Below are positions 18,994 through 29,895 of a stretch of 64,000 nucleotides of DNA, in pieces; positions within the stretch are counted from its first letter, which is position 1; each line of letters opens with the position of its first letter. This DNA is from Desulfatiglandales bacterium. GTDB lineage: Bacteria; Desulfobacterota; DSM-4660; Desulfatiglandales; Desulfatiglandaceae. Under the pieces are notes generated by a model. That model was not told where the DNA came from, did no database searches, and saw only the letters and a list, made by a program, of their open reading frames with translations. The stretch spans positions 4,896,001-4,960,000 of the forward strand of contig OY759599.1 in NCBI GenBank assembly GCA_963662465.1, written 5' to 3'. Made by a program: the position numbers and the translations under genes.

Positions 18994-19992
18994 TCAAGGA
19001 TTTGTTTGGAAAAATTTCGTATTTATATTCAGGGCGCCGAGGACCCGTTTCATGTCGTCAGGGAAAGGCGACTCAAATTCCATATATGTTTTTTTTTCAG
19101 GATGGATAAATCCAATGCGTGCGGCATGAAGCATTTGCCGCTTCACAGCGGATGCCAAATTCGGATTCAGCTTAAAAAAACGCCTTTTTAAGACATCCGG
19201 ACCACGACCGTAAACCGGATCCCCCACCACGGGGTGACCCAGATAGGAAAAATGAACCCGAATTTGATGGGTTCTCCCTGTTTTGATGGCAATGGACAAA
19301 AGAGAAAATCCTTCTTCACATTCAGCAATTTTTTTCCACAAGGTCAGGGCGTTCCGTCCACCGCTTGTGACAACCGCCATCTCTTTTCGCCGGATGGGGT
19401 GCCGAAAAATAGGCAGGTCAATGCTGCCGCTTTTTTTCGGCAAAATGCCATGAACCAGCGCAATATATTCCTTTTTGATGGTTCCATTTTTAAATTGTTG
19501 TGCCAGAAATTGATGGGCCATGTCGCTTTTTGCAACGACCATAAGTCCGGACGTATCTTTATCGAGCCTATGAACAATGCCGGGTCTGAGAATTCCGCCA
19601 ATGCCTGAAAGATCCCCGCAATGTTTCAGGAGGCCGTGAACCAGAGTGCCGGATGAATGCCCGGGAGCGGGATGAACCACAATGCCCGGCGGTTTATAAA
19701 GGACGATCAGGTAAGCATCCTCGAAAATAACGGAAAAAGAAACATCCTCGGGAACAAGCGCCAACGGGGATGGCTTCGGCACGACGAGCCAAACCAGATC
19801 TTTAGTTTTCAGCTGGTAACTCGGCTTTACATGGGCGCCATTAACGGAAACCAATCCTTTCCGAATCAGGGACTGTATTCTGGATCGGGATAAATCCCCA
19901 TGGATACCAGCGAGAAACAGATCCAATCGGATGCAATTGGCGCTATCTGGAATCGTATGGGAAAAAGCACTGTCATGGGTATCGTTGTTCAC
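18994..19992 (-). CDS. rluD: RluA-family pseudouridine synthase with an S4 domain (RluD-like)
   Basis: RLDLFL..SRSRIQ S4 domain, HRLDKDTSG, TGRTHQIRVH, QMLHA. Confidence 0.88.
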   Translation of the reverse strand: MNNDTHDSAFSHTIPDSANCIRLDLFLAGIHGDLSRSRIQSLIRKGLVSVNGAHVKPSYQLKTKDLVWLVVPKPSPLALVPEDVSFSVIFEDAYLIVLYKPPGIVVHPAPGHSSGTLVHGLLKHCGDLSGIGGILRPGIVHRLDKDTSGLMVVAKSDMAHQFLAQQFKNGTIKKEYIALVHGILPKKSGSIDLPIFRHPIRRKEMAVVTSGGRNALTLWKKIAECEEGFSLLSIAIKTGRTHQIRVHFSYLGHPVVGDPVYGRGPDVLKRRFFKLNPNLASAVKRQMLHAARIGFIHPEKKTYMEFESPFPDDMKRVLGALNINTKFFQTNP

Positions 19993-20072
19993 TATTAATC
20001 TGGCATGAATGATACGAGCGAAACTAAGAAAAAATAGTCGGTTTCAGGTTTAGCGGCGTCCGTTTTGCGACA

Positions 20073-20552
20073 TCAAGAAAAAATACTGTCCAGATCATTT
20101 TCCACCTGGGATTCCGTGATTTCTTTTGCCAGGGATATTTCTTTAACCAAGAGGGTCCGAGCCGTATCCAGCATTTTCCGCTCTCCGAAAGAGAGTTCTT
20201 TATCAAATCTTAAAATTAATAAGTCTCGATAGACTTCAGCCACCTCAAAAACCGATCCGGTCTTTATTTTTTCCATATAGTCCCGGTAACGGCGATTCCA
20301 GGTCTGGCTGTCAAGAATGACGTCTCGTTTTTTGAGGATAGAAAACAGTTTGGGAAGTTCAGTCTTGGCGATGATGTCTCTTAGGCCCACATGATCCACA
20401 TTGGTGGTCGGGATCATAATAAGCATGTTATTGTCCAGTATGCGCATGACATAAAAATCCTGTCTGCATCCCGATATTTCCTGGGATTCTATTTTTTCAA
20501 TGACGCCGACGCCATGGGCGGGGTAAACGGCCAAATCACCTACCTGGAACAT
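20073..20552 (-). CDS. carD: CarD/CdnL family RNA polymerase-binding regulator
   Basis: MFQVGDLAVYPAHGVG, WNRRYR, LSFGERKML. Confidence 0.92.
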   Translation of the reverse strand: MFQVGDLAVYPAHGVGVIEKIESQEISGCRQDFYVMRILDNNMLIMIPTTNVDHVGLRDIIAKTELPKLFSILKKRDVILDSQTWNRRYRDYMEKIKTGSVFEVAEVYRDLLILRFDKELSFGERKMLDTARTLLVKEISLAKEITESQVENDLDSIFS

Positions 20553-20646
20553 CTAAACCTCCGTAGTGAGACTTAAGACAAGGCCACTCCCGAAGCCGCG
20601 CTGTTTTAATACCGCAGCAAAAGTAGGGACACTTTATGCACATCCG

Positions 20647-20710
20647 GCCCATTGCCGCAGGCCTCTCGGGTAAAAGTGACTTTTTACCCGAGAGGCTGTT
20701 GGCAATGGGC
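20647..20710. terminator. Long compound hairpin between hppA and carD
   Basis: Outer arms GCCCATTGCC/GGCAATGGGC; inner arms GCCTCTCGGGTAAAA/TTTTACCCGAGAGGC. Confidence 0.55.
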
Positions 20711-20745
20711 TTTTTCCGGTTTACGGGTTAACGGTTACGTTTCGA

Positions 20746-22803
20746 TCAACGGAAGATCAAAGAAACTGTCGGAAGGATGGGTGCAATCACAAGAGACACC
20801 ACCGACATCAATTTGATCAGAATATTCATGGCCGGTCCGGAGGTATCCTTGAATGGATCGCCTACGGTATCGCCCACCACGGCCGCTTTATGGTTATTGG
20901 AGCCTTTGCCGCCAAAGTGACCTTCTTCGATGTACTTTTTGGCGTTGTCCCAGGCGCCGCCGCCGTTGGACATAAAAAGCGCCAGGAAAGCGCCCATGAC
21001 GGTTGCGCCGATGAGTACGCCGGCCAAAGTCTCCTTGCCCAGCAGAAAACCCACCAGGACAGGGGTCAGCACGGCGATGAGACCGGGTTTAACCATTTCT
21101 TTCAGCGCGGAGGTGGTAGCAATAGCCACGCAAGTGGAGGAGTCTCCCTTGACGCCTTCTTTTCCTTCCAGAAGCCCCGGAATTTCCCTGAACTGACGCC
21201 GGATTTCCTCTACAATGGAATATGCCGCTTTGCCCACGGAGGTCATGGTGAGGGCCGCGCAGGTCATGGGGACCATGCCGCCGATGAAGAGGCCGATGAT
21301 GACCTTTGGGTTATCCAGGAGAACATCTCCCAGTTTGGCGGCCTGTGAATAGGCCACAAAGAGGGCCAGGGCCGTGAGGGCCGCGGAACCGATGGCAAAT
21401 CCCTTGCCGATGGCTGCCGTGGTATTGCCCAGGGCATCCAGACCATCCGTAATCTTACGGGTTTCAGGTCCCAGACCCGCCATTTCCGAGATGCCGCCCG
21501 CGTTGTCCACGATGGGACCGTAAGCGTCAACGGTCATGGTGGCGCCGACGGTGGCGAGCATGCCCACAGCCGAAAGCCCGATGCCGTAAATGCCGCAGGA
21601 TTCATAGCCCACGTATGTGGCGACGCAAATACCCATAATGGGGAGCCAGGTGGACTGCATGCCCACCGCCAAACCGGCAATAATAACCGTTGCGGCGCCG
21701 GTTTCAGACTGACCGGCGATCCGTTTGACCGGAGGTCCGGAGGTGTAGTATTCCGCCATAAGACCGATGGCGATACCGCAGAGCAATCCGGAAAAAATGG
21801 CCCAAAAAGCGCCAAAAGGCATACCCAGACTCTTGGTGATGATAATGGTAAGGATGATGAAGATGATGGCGGCCACAAAGGTAGTGTACCTCAAGGCGCC
21901 TGCCGGTTCGCCCTTCTGAAAGATTTTGATGGAAAATACGCCGAAAAACGAGCTGAGCAATCCGGCCGTAACGATCAGGATCGGCATGGCCATGTATTTC
22001 AGTTTAATGGCGGTTTCTTCCAACCCTTGCAGGATCGGAAATTCTTTAATGAATTCAGGGGTAACAGCCATGGTGGCACCGATGGCGACGGTGGCGATGA
22101 CGGATCCCACAAAGGATTCGAAAATATCCGCACCCATACCCGCGATATCACCCACATTGTCGCCCACGTTATCGGCGATGACGCCGGGATTCCGAGGATC
22201 ATCTTCGGGAATGCCCGCTTCCACTTTGCCCACCAGGTCGGCGCCCACATCCGCCGCCTTGGTATACACGCCGCCGCCCACACGAGCGAAAAGCGCGATG
22301 GAGCTGGCGCCCATGGCAAAGCCGTTGATATATTCGGCGGTGGCAGGATCTCCACCATATACCCAGAACCAGATGCCTACGCCCAGGAGCCCAAGGCCGG
22401 CCACGGCAAGACCCATGACGGAACCTGAAAAATAGGAAATATTCAGGGCTTCGGGCTGTCCATGTTTATTGGCGGCTTCCGCGGTTCGCGAATTTCCCCG
22501 GGTGGCGGCCGTCATGCCCGAAAAACCGGCCAGCATGGAAGCCAAAGCGCCGGTAATGAAACATATGGCGGTTTTCCAGGCGATGCCCCAGCCCAGAAGG
22601 ATAAAGACGATACCGATAAAAACGACTAAAACGGTATATTCCCTCTTTAAAAATGTCATGGCGCCGGTATGGATTTGATCTTCCAAATCTGCCATGAGGG
22701 CATTGCCGTTCGGCTGTTTTTTGATATAGTTGTAAATCAGCCAGGCAATAATCAAGCTTAGAATCCCTACAAAGGGAGCTAATTTAGTAAATCCCTGCAT
22801 CAC
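20746..22803 (-). CDS. hppA: Membrane pyrophosphatase, K+-dependent, probably Na+-translocating
   Basis: [30 protein letters not shown] (Ala variant), [11 protein letters not shown]. Confidence 0.93.
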   Translation of the reverse strand: MMQGFTKLAPFVGILSLIIAWLIYNYIKKQPNGNALMADLEDQIHTGAMTFLKREYTVLVVFIGIVFILLGWGIAWKTAICFITGALASMLAGFSGMTAATRGNSRTAEAANKHGQPEALNISYFSGSVMGLAVAGLGLLGVGIWFWVYGGDPATAEYINGFAMGASSIALFARVGGGVYTKAADVGADLVGKVEAGIPEDDPRNPGVIADNVGDNVGDIAGMGADIFESFVGSVIATVAIGATMAVTPEFIKEFPILQGLEETAIKLKYMAMPILIVTAGLLSSFFGVFSIKIFQKGEPAGALRYTTFVAAIIFIILTIIITKSLGMPFGAFWAIFSGLLCGIAIGLMAEYYTSGPPVKRIAGQSETGAATVIIAGLAVGMQSTWLPIMGICVATYVGYESCGIYGIGLSAVGMLATVGATMTVDAYGPIVDNAGGISEMAGLGPETRKITDGLDALGNTTAAIGKGFAIGSAALTALALFVAYSQAAKLGDVLLDNPKVIIGLFIGGMVPMTCAALTMTSVGKAAYSIVEEIRRQFREIPGLLEGKEGVKGDSSTCVAIATTSALKEMVKPGLIAVLTPVLVGFLLGKETLAGVLIGATVMGAFLALFMSNGGGAWDNAKKYIEEGHFGGKGSNNHKAAVVGDTVGDPFKDTSGPAMNILIKLMSVVSLVIAPILPTVSLIFR

Positions 22804-23389
22804 TTCTTCCTCCTTGAATTGTTAATCTTCGGCAATTGATATAATTCATTGCCGCTTCAACCCCTTCCAAAACAAACAGTTCGGATGCCTTGACAGCCAT
22901 CCGCATGACGTCTTCCGCGGGCTTTTTTTCGTCATCATCAAAATAACTGAGTACATAGTCAACCACAGCCTCCCCGTGGCGCGGCCGACCGATGCCGATT
23001 TTGACCCGCGAAAAGTCTGAACTACCCAAAAGGTGAATAATGGATGAAACACCTTTATGGCCACCTGGCCCCCCATTCCTGACGACCTTGACCTTTCCCA
23101 ACGGTAGATCCAGATCATCGTGTATGACCAACAATTTCGTTGCTTCCAGGTCATAGTGGTGGATACAGTCCCTGACCGATTCGCCGCTCTTGTTCATGAA
23201 AGTCAGGGGGCAAAGAAGAACGATCGGGTTGCCCCGGAAATCAACCAAGGCATGCTTTGCACGAAATTGACGGTCTTTGAAGATCGCCCCAAGCGATTTT
23301 CCCCATTGCTCAACAGCTTCCTGCCCTATGTTATGCCTGGTATGTTCGTATTGTTGCCCAGGATTGCCGAGGCCTGCAATTAGGTACAA
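22784..23389 (-). CDS. pth: Peptidyl-tRNA hydrolase
   Basis: [35 protein letters not shown]. Confidence 0.96.
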   Translation of the reverse strand: MYLIAGLGNPGQQYEHTRHNIGQEAVEQWGKSLGAIFKDRQFRAKHALVDFRGNPIVLLCPLTFMNKSGESVRDCIHHYDLEATKLLVIHDDLDLPLGKVKVVRNGGPGGHKGVSSIIHLLGSSDFSRVKIGIGRPRHGEAVVDYVLSYFDDDEKKPAEDVMRMAVKASELFVLEGVEAAMNYINCRRLTIQGGRSDAGIY

Positions 23390-23419
23390 ATTTTCCCTTC
23401 GAGGTTCACCCCCTTTCCC

Positions 23420-24091
23420 TTATTCTTTTGATTCTTCGGCGGTTTTCTCAGCTGAGCCAGCCGTTTCTTCCGTTGTTTCCGCTTCTTCACCTTCGGCTCC
23501 CGCTTCCTCTTCCTCTTCCGCGGCGCCCTTGATATTGATAACCGCGACGGTCAAGTTACCTTCATCCACAGCCCGAACACCCTCGGGAAGCGGGAGATCC
23601 CGAATGCGCACTTTTTCCCCGACGTCCAAATCGGAAATATCCACATCCAGGCTTTCGATGAGCTTGTCCGGAAAACAGCAGATAACGAGTTCTCTCCTGA
23701 TCTGCTGCAAAATACCGCCACCATCCGTAACCCCTTTGGGAATACCCTGGAGTCGAACGTGAATGGGCAGCGTCAGTTCCCGGTCATTGGAAATTTCATA
23801 AAAGTCCGCGTGTATAAAATTGTTTTTAATGGGATCGATCACCAGTTCTTTCACCATGACCTTTTTGATGATTTCCCCCTGGTCGGTTTCAATCTTAAGG
23901 TCGAGAATGGCGTTTTCACCTTTGCCGGCCTTTTCAAGCCGTAAAAGGTGAACTTCTTCAAGGGTTAGCATAACAGGGTCGGCGCCCGGGCCGTAGAAAA
24001 TTGCGGGGACCTGTTTGTTCTGCCTTAATCTTCTGGCGGCGCCTTTTCCTGTTTCGGTCCTGACGCGGGCAGCAAGCGCTAGTTGAGTCAT
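23420..24091 (-). CDS. rplY: 50S ribosomal protein L25/Ctc
   Basis: GKGAARRLR..VPAIFYG, HADFY, acidic tail; prs-rplY-pth synteny. Confidence 0.95.
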   Translation of the reverse strand: MTQLALAARVRTETGKGAARRLRQNKQVPAIFYGPGADPVMLTLEEVHLLRLEKAGKGENAILDLKIETDQGEIIKKVMVKELVIDPIKNNFIHADFYEISNDRELTLPIHVRLQGIPKGVTDGGGILQQIRRELVICCFPDKLIESLDVDISDLDVGEKVRIRDLPLPEGVRAVDEGNLTVAVINIKGAAEEEEEAGAEGEEAETTEETAGSAEKTAEESKE

Positions 24092-24168
24092 TGATTCTTA
24101 TTACCTCCGGCATTAATAAAATTTTTCACAAAGTAACGCGGCCCGACATCCCAGGCCTATTTTCCGGG

Positions 24169-25110
24169 CTACACAAACAGCGTGCTGACCGAGTTGGAAT
24201 GATGAATTCTTTTGATGGTTTCTCCCAGAAGCTCGGCGATGGAAAGGGCAATTATCTTTGAACAGGCCGCAGCCTCCTTATTCAGGGGAATGGTGTTGGT
24301 GATGACCAGACTGTCAATGGGAGAATCCACAATTCTTCCGATGGCGGGGCCCGAGAGAATCGGATGGGTGCAACAGGCATGTACCGCTATGGCGCCCCTT
24401 TCCTTGAGTGCACCGGCGGCCTGGGTCAGCGTCCCCGCGGTATCAACCATGTCGTCAAGGATAATGGCTGTTTTGCCTTTGACTTCGCCGATAATGTTCA
24501 TAGCTTCGGCAACATTCGGCGAAACCCGCCGTTTATCAATGATGGCCAGTGATGCCGAAAGTCGTTTGGCAAAAGCGCGGGCCCTTTCAACGCCCCCTGC
24601 ATCGGGGGAAACAATTACCGGGTCTCCCCGTGTGTTGTTCTGGATATATTTCAGTAAAATGGGCGCTGCAAAGATATTATCCACGGGAATGTTAAAATAC
24701 CCCTGAATCTGTCCCGCATGGAGATCCATGGCCACCACCCGATTGGCGCCTGCCGTGGTAATAAGATCCGCAACAAGCTTGGCGCTGATGGGTACTCGCG
24801 GCTTTACTTTCCTGTCCTGGCGGCTGTACCCGTAATAGGGAATCACGGCTGTGATCCGTTCGGCGGAAGCCCGTCTCATGGCGTCCATGATGATGAGAAG
24901 CTGCATCAGGTTGTCGTTTACCGGCGTAGAAGTGGACTGAATGACAAAAACATCACGCCCTCTGATATTTTCGCCCAGTTCAACCCGGGTTTCGCCATCG
25001 CTGAATGTTTCGGCAAGAATCCTACCGGGACTGACGCCGAGATAATTGCACACTTCGAGGGTTAATGCAGGATTGGAGGTTCCGCCAAATAATTTTATGT
25101 CATGGTCCAA
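24169..25110 (-). CDS. prs: Ribose-phosphate pyrophosphokinase
   Basis: [32 protein letters not shown]. Confidence 0.97.
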   Translation of the reverse strand: MDHDIKLFGGTSNPALTLEVCNYLGVSPGRILAETFSDGETRVELGENIRGRDVFVIQSTSTPVNDNLMQLLIIMDAMRRASAERITAVIPYYGYSRQDRKVKPRVPISAKLVADLITTAGANRVVAMDLHAGQIQGYFNIPVDNIFAAPILLKYIQNNTRGDPVIVSPDAGGVERARAFAKRLSASLAIIDKRRVSPNVAEAMNIIGEVKGKTAIILDDMVDTAGTLTQAAGALKERGAIAVHACCTHPILSGPAIGRIVDSPIDSLVITNTIPLNKEAAACSKIIALSIAELLGETIKRIHHSNSVSTLFV

Positions 25111-25149
25111 CGCAGGGTCCTCATTGTTTTTTACAAACGGTCATCTTCT

Positions 25150-26142
25150 TTATAAATGGCTGGGGTGGGAGGATTCGAACCCCCGAATGCGGGCGCCAAA
25201 GGCCCGTGTCTTACCGCTTGACGACACCCCAGTAACTCCTTCAACCACAAAAACCCGGCCCAAAGTTGCGGCGTTCAAAACCGATTTTGCATGGAAGGCC
25301 TTGCTTTTTGATTCAAAAACACCAAAAACGCTGGGACCGCTCCCTGACATCAAAGCGCCGACGGCGCCAGCATCCATCAAGGATCGCTTTATTTCCCTGA
25401 TAATTGGAAATCTGGAAACCGTAACCCGCTCCAGATCATTTTCTAAAAGATGACGAATATCCATCGGCATGCTCTTTAAATTCCTAATAATAAAGTAATA
25501 CTCGTTCGTTGTCAACTCAAATTCCCGTTTCTCTTCTTTCTCCGACTCAGATGGCCGTTTGTCCAAGGCCCCATAGGCCCAGGCTGTGGAAACGGAAATA
25601 TTGGGCATGACGATAACATAGCACAACGGCGGCCATTTTCCAATGGGTTCGAGTACCTCGCCGATTCCGCGAGCGATGCAAGGCCCCCGTTGCAGAAAAA
25701 AAGGTACGTCGGCCCCTAGTTTTACAGCCAATTCCGCCATTTCTTCCGAGAGAAGGGGGTCAGAGGCGCAAAGGATTTCGTTCAAAACCATGAGAACGGC
25801 AGCCGCGTCGCTGCTGCCCCCGCCTAAGCCTGCAGCCACGGGAATCCTTTTAGTGAGCACTATGGAAAGCCCCTGTTTCCAACCGATGCGCGAAAAAAAA
25901 GACCGCGCTGCGCGGAACGCCAGATTATCGGCGTTCGCCGGCGCCTGAAAACCGCGGCAAGCAATGTTAATTCCCGGTTCTTTAGTGAATGTTAGTTCAA
26001 GGCGATCGAATAAATCAACGGGCGCCATAATGGAAACCAGGCGATGGTATCCGTCAGGCCGACGTCCTGTGATTTTCAGCCGAATATTTAATTTTGCCGG
26101 GGCATCGACAACAAAGGGCCGGTTAAATTCAATGGTTGACAT
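25150..26142 (-). CDS. ispE: 4-diphosphocytidyl-2-C-methyl-D-erythritol kinase; reading frame runs through tRNA-Gln
   Basis: APAKLNI.L, KRIPVAAGLGGGSSDAA, LGADVPFF, MSGSGPSVF. Confidence 0.95.
   Translation of the reverse strand: MSTIEFNRPFVVDAPAKLNIRLKITGRRPDGYHRLVSIMAPVDLFDRLELTFTKEPGINIACRGFQAPANADNLAFRAARSFFSRIGWKQGLSIVLTKRIPVAAGLGGGSSDAAAVLMVLNEILCASDPLLSEEMAELAVKLGADVPFFLQRGPCIARGIGEVLEPIGKWPPLCYVIVMPNISVSTAWAYGALDKRPSESEKEEKREFELTTNEYYFIIRNLKSMPMDIRHLLENDLERVTVSRFPIIREIKRSLMDAGAVGALMSGSGPSVFGVFESKSKAFHAKSVLNAATLGRVFVVEGVTGVSSSGKTRAFGARIRGFESSHPSHL
25157..25231 (-). tRNA. tRNA-Gln (anticodon TTG) with encoded CCA
   Basis: TGGGGTGTCGTCAAGCGGTAAGACACGGGCCTTTGGCGCCCGCATTCGGGGGTTCGAATCCTCCCACCCCAGCCA: cloverleaf, anticodon stem CGGGC/GCCCG, TTCGAAT T-loop. 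Confidence 0.96.
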
Positions 26143-26161
26143 GTTTTTTTTGCCGAAGTCC

Positions 26162-26455
26162 TTATCTCTTTTCCTTCACATACCGCAGCCGAAGGTCCGC
26201 CAAGACGTTTTCAACAAACTTTTCCTCTTCACCGGTCAGGTTGCCCGCCGTTTTTTCTTTTAGCATGGCAATGGTATCAATGGTATGTTTGGCAAGTGGA
26301 AGATCCTTCTTTTTTTCATGGGTCTGGGGATCAGGCAATTCCCCCAGGTGAAACAGGGCCGTTGAACTCAGGCTGAAAATGAGTGCTGGAAAGCTGATTT
26401 CCGGCAACGGCATCTGAGCCGTTTCCCGTGAAGGTTCTTTTTTCTCTTCCGACAT
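26162..26455 (-). CDS. DUF1844-like protein
   Basis: ALFHLGE..DP...DLPLAKHTIDT.AML.EKT.GNL..EE pattern; located upstream of ispE. Confidence 0.8.
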   Translation of the reverse strand: MSEEKKEPSRETAQMPLPEISFPALIFSLSSTALFHLGELPDPQTHEKKKDLPLAKHTIDTIAMLKEKTAGNLTGEEEKFVENVLADLRLRYVKEKR

Positions 26456-26494
26456 GTGTCAATTCCTTTCCCAGATAAGCATAACGATGAATCG

Positions 26495-28075
26495 CTACAG
26501 GTCGATCCTGCGCGCTGAAATGATGTGTTTAAGATTTAACAGTTTTACGATAATATCATCATCAACCATTTCATTAATGGAGAGAAAAATTACATTTTCT
26601 TTATTCTCCTTTTCTTCACCCACCTGCATCCGATTGATATTGATTCCGTTTTCTCCAAGGGTGGAGGCAATGGCGCCGATAACCCCAGGTACGTTTTCGT
26701 TCTGGATTAATAAATTATGTCCTTCGGGAATCGCTTCGAGGTAGAAATTGTTGATTCGCAGAATCCTGACCAGTTTCTTGCCGAAGATGGTTCCGGAAAC
26801 AATATGTTCACTCTCCAATGTCTTTACGGTGAGCTTAGCGAGACTAGCAAAATCATCAGACGTTTGGGTTTTGGATTCTACCACCTTGATGCCCCGTTCA
26901 GCGGCAATATAGGGGGCGTTAACGAAATTGACGTCGTATTTAAGGATCGGCGTCAACAATCCCTTGAGCATGGCAGTGGTCAGCGGGGCGGTATCATATT
27001 GCGTGATGACGCCGGAATAATCAATCCTGACCTCCACCAGGGCGCTGTCGGATAACTGTGCCTGCAGGGCGCCCATCCGTTCCAGCAAAATGGCGTAGGG
27101 TCTCAAGGTGGTCATCAATTCAGCGCTGATGCCGGGGACATTGACGGCGTTTTTGACGGAGCCATGCAGCAGGTAGGCAATAATCTGTTCTGCAACTTCA
27201 GCGGCCACATTATCCTGGGCTTCCCGGGTAGAGGCCCCCAGGTGAGGGGTGCAGATGAAATTAGATAGCGACATCAGTTTGTGATCCCCAGGAGGCTCCG
27301 TGCTGAACACATCAAAGGCAGCGCCCCCCAGTCGCCCGGATTTCAGCGCCTCATAGACGTCATCCTCGTTAACAATGCCTCCTCGGGCGCAATTGAGCAG
27401 CATGGCCCCCTTTTTCATTTTGGCAAGGGTGTCCCGGTTAATCATGCCGGCGGTTTCTTCGGTTTTGGGAGTATGGATGGTAACATAATCCGCCCGGGCA
27501 AGGAGCTCATCCAGGGATACGGGCTCCAGGTCAAGCTTTTCAACGGTTTCCGGCTTGATATAGGGGTCAAAGACAATGACTTTCATCTTCATGGCGCGTG
27601 CCCGATCCGCCACAATGCGACCGATATGGCCGGCCCCGATAAGACCGAGGGTTTTGTTGAAAAGTTCCCGGCCCTTGAACGCCTTTTTTTCCCACTTGCC
27701 CGCCTTGAGGGATGCCGTTGCCTGGGGAATGTTTCGTGAAAGCGCCATCATCAGGGCAAGGGTATGTTCAGCCGTGGTGATGGTGTTCCCCTCGGGGGTA
27801 TTCATCACCACGATGCCCCGACGGCTGGCCTCGGGAATGTCCACATTGTCAAGGCCGATGCCGGCCCGGCCGATGACCTTCAGACGCTTTGCAGATGCGA
27901 GGATGTCCGCCGTAACTTGGGTGGCGCTGCGAATGACAAGCCCGTCGTAATTTCCGATGATTTCCTTCAGCGCTTGCGGGGCAAGGCCGATGTTCACATC
28001 CGCGTCGATGCCGGGGGTTTCCTGGAAAAGCTGGATGCCCACGGGGGAAAGGGGATCACTTACAAGAACTTTCAT
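26495..28075 (-). CDS. serA: D-3-phosphoglycerate dehydrogenase (long form with ASB and ACT domains)
   Basis: GRAGIGLDNVD, GAGHIG, NCARGG, TPHLGAST, C-terminal ACT domain. Confidence 0.95.
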   Translation of the reverse strand: MKVLVSDPLSPVGIQLFQETPGIDADVNIGLAPQALKEIIGNYDGLVIRSATQVTADILASAKRLKVIGRAGIGLDNVDIPEASRRGIVVMNTPEGNTITTAEHTLALMMALSRNIPQATASLKAGKWEKKAFKGRELFNKTLGLIGAGHIGRIVADRARAMKMKVIVFDPYIKPETVEKLDLEPVSLDELLARADYVTIHTPKTEETAGMINRDTLAKMKKGAMLLNCARGGIVNEDDVYEALKSGRLGGAAFDVFSTEPPGDHKLMSLSNFICTPHLGASTREAQDNVAAEVAEQIIAYLLHGSVKNAVNVPGISAELMTTLRPYAILLERMGALQAQLSDSALVEVRIDYSGVITQYDTAPLTTAMLKGLLTPILKYDVNFVNAPYIAAERGIKVVESKTQTSDDFASLAKLTVKTLESEHIVSGTIFGKKLVRILRINNFYLEAIPEGHNLLIQNENVPGVIGAIASTLGENGININRMQVGEEKENKENVIFLSINEMVDDDIIVKLLNLKHIISARRIDL

Positions 28076-28230
28076 GGGGTTTCTCCTACGTTCTTTTTAC
28101 CTTCCGAATTTATAATTTAAGGATTCGGGTTCCATATCAGCACGGATCGGCTGGTTCCACCCGCACCCTATTCCGCCGGTAATTTTGGCGCCTTCTAAGA
28201 TCCGAAACCGCTTGGAGCAGCACGCCAATC

Positions 28231-28875
28231 CTAAAACAAATGAAACAGTTTACCGAGCATACCCACCATGGAAATAGCGGAAAAGGTCATGGCAAAGCTG
28301 AAGAGACGAAATGTCTGGCTGCGGTTTTCCCGCAGACCTTCGTCAATGCGACGGTCAATACGTTCAATAATTTTATCAAGCTTTAAATCCACCTGTCCAA
28401 ACCGGTTGTCCATCTGTTCAAACCGCGTATCTATCTGCTCAAAGCGCTTATCCACCTGCTCGAAGCGCTTGTCTATCTGCTCAAAGCGCTTATCCACCTG
28501 CTCGAAGCGCTTGTCTATCTGCTCAAAGCGCTTGTCCACCTGTTCGAAACGCTTGTCCACTTGTTCAAACTGCTTGTCCACCTGCCCAAACCGGTTGGCC
28601 ACTTGTTCAAACTGCTTGTCCACCTGTCCAAACTGCTTGTCCACCTGTCCAAACCGATTGGCCATGTCGTTCTTCAGGTTGTCTTGAGATTTGGAAAGTT
28701 GGTCGAATTTATCGTTCAAGCCTTCGAATTTATAATCAAACTTTTGCTCAAGATTGTCAAACCGGACCTCGAAGTATTGAGATGTGGGGATCAACCTGGC
28801 AATGAGAACTTCAATGGTCTTCTCATTGATGCTGATTTCCGGCTTTTTTTCGCTGTTTTTGTCGTCCTCGCTCAT
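28231..28875 (-). CDS. Heptad-repeat coiled-coil protein with a C-terminal membrane anchor, copy 1 (13 FEQVDKR-type repeats)
   Basis: 21-bp tandem repeats; hydrophobic C-terminus LFSFAMTFSAISMVGMLGKLFHLF. Confidence 0.85.
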   Translation of the reverse strand: MSEDDKNSEKKPEISINEKTIEVLIARLIPTSQYFEVRFDNLEQKFDYKFEGLNDKFDQLSKSQDNLKNDMANRFGQVDKQFGQVDKQFEQVANRFGQVDKQFEQVDKRFEQVDKRFEQIDKRFEQVDKRFEQIDKRFEQVDKRFEQIDTRFEQMDNRFGQVDLKLDKIIERIDRRIDEGLRENRSQTFRLFSFAMTFSAISMVGMLGKLFHLF

Positions 28876-29154
28876 ATCTTCACCCCCTTTGAAGGCTCAA
28901 TACGGCTATTTTACAGCCTCGGGAACTGTTTGGCAAAAGAAATCCGGCAATGGATCGTCGTTCCGGGCTATGCTCGCAACCCAGTATCCTTATGCCGGCT
29001 CGAAGCTTCCATCTCAAAATGCTAAGACCATTGGCTATCGGCAATAGGATTTCCCCCCATGGACCTATTACAGCCTATCGCCTGAGTCTTTTAACCCTCA
29101 GACTACGTTCGTAGCTTTTTTGTTTTTTGTAACAGAAAACCTGGAAATAAGACA

Positions 29155-29673
29155 CTAAAACAAATGAAACAGCTTACCGAGCATGCCCACCATGGAAATG
29201 GCGGAAAAGGTCATGGCAAAACTAAAGAGACGAAATGTCTGGCTGCGATTCTCTCGCAACCCTTCGTCGATGCGGCGGTCAATACGTTCAATGATTTTAT
29301 CAAGCTTTAAATCCACCTGTTCAAACCGTTTGTCCACCTGTTCAAACCGTTTGTCCATCTGTTCAAACCGCTTGTCCACCTGTTCAAACCGCTTGTCCAC
29401 CTGTTCAAACTGTTTGTCCACCTGTTCAAACCGCTTGTCTATGTCGTTCTTCAGGTTGTCTTGAGATTTGGAAAGTTGATCGAACTTATCGTTCAATCCT
29501 TCGAATTTATCGGTCAATCCTTCGAATTTATAATCAAACTTTTGCTCAAGATTGTCAAACCGAACCTCGAAGTATTGAGACGTGGGAATCAACCTGGCAA
29601 TGAGAACTTCAATGGTCTTCTCATTGATGCTGATTTCCGGCTTTTTTTCGCTGTTTTTGTCGTCCTCGCTCAT
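29155..29673 (-). CDS. Heptad-repeat coiled-coil protein, copy 2 (6 repeats)
   Basis: Near-identical to copy 1 outside the repeat tract. Confidence 0.85.
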   Translation of the reverse strand: MSEDDKNSEKKPEISINEKTIEVLIARLIPTSQYFEVRFDNLEQKFDYKFEGLTDKFEGLNDKFDQLSKSQDNLKNDIDKRFEQVDKQFEQVDKRFEQVDKRFEQMDKRFEQVDKRFEQVDLKLDKIIERIDRRIDEGLRENRSQTFRLFSFAMTFSAISMVGMLGKLFHLF

Positions 29674-29895
29674 ATCTTCACCCCCTTTGAAGGCTCAATA
29701 CGGCTGTTTTACAGCCTAGGGAACTGTTTGGCAAAAGAAATCCGGCAATGGATCGTCGTTCCGAACATCCGCCAATAAATTGCCGGGCTATGGTTTATCG
29801 CCCCGAAAGGAGCTTATACCGTCCCAAAGAAACGACAAATAACAGCCTAAAATTTCAACCCTCGGGAGCCAGGGCCCGAAACGATGATCAAAATC

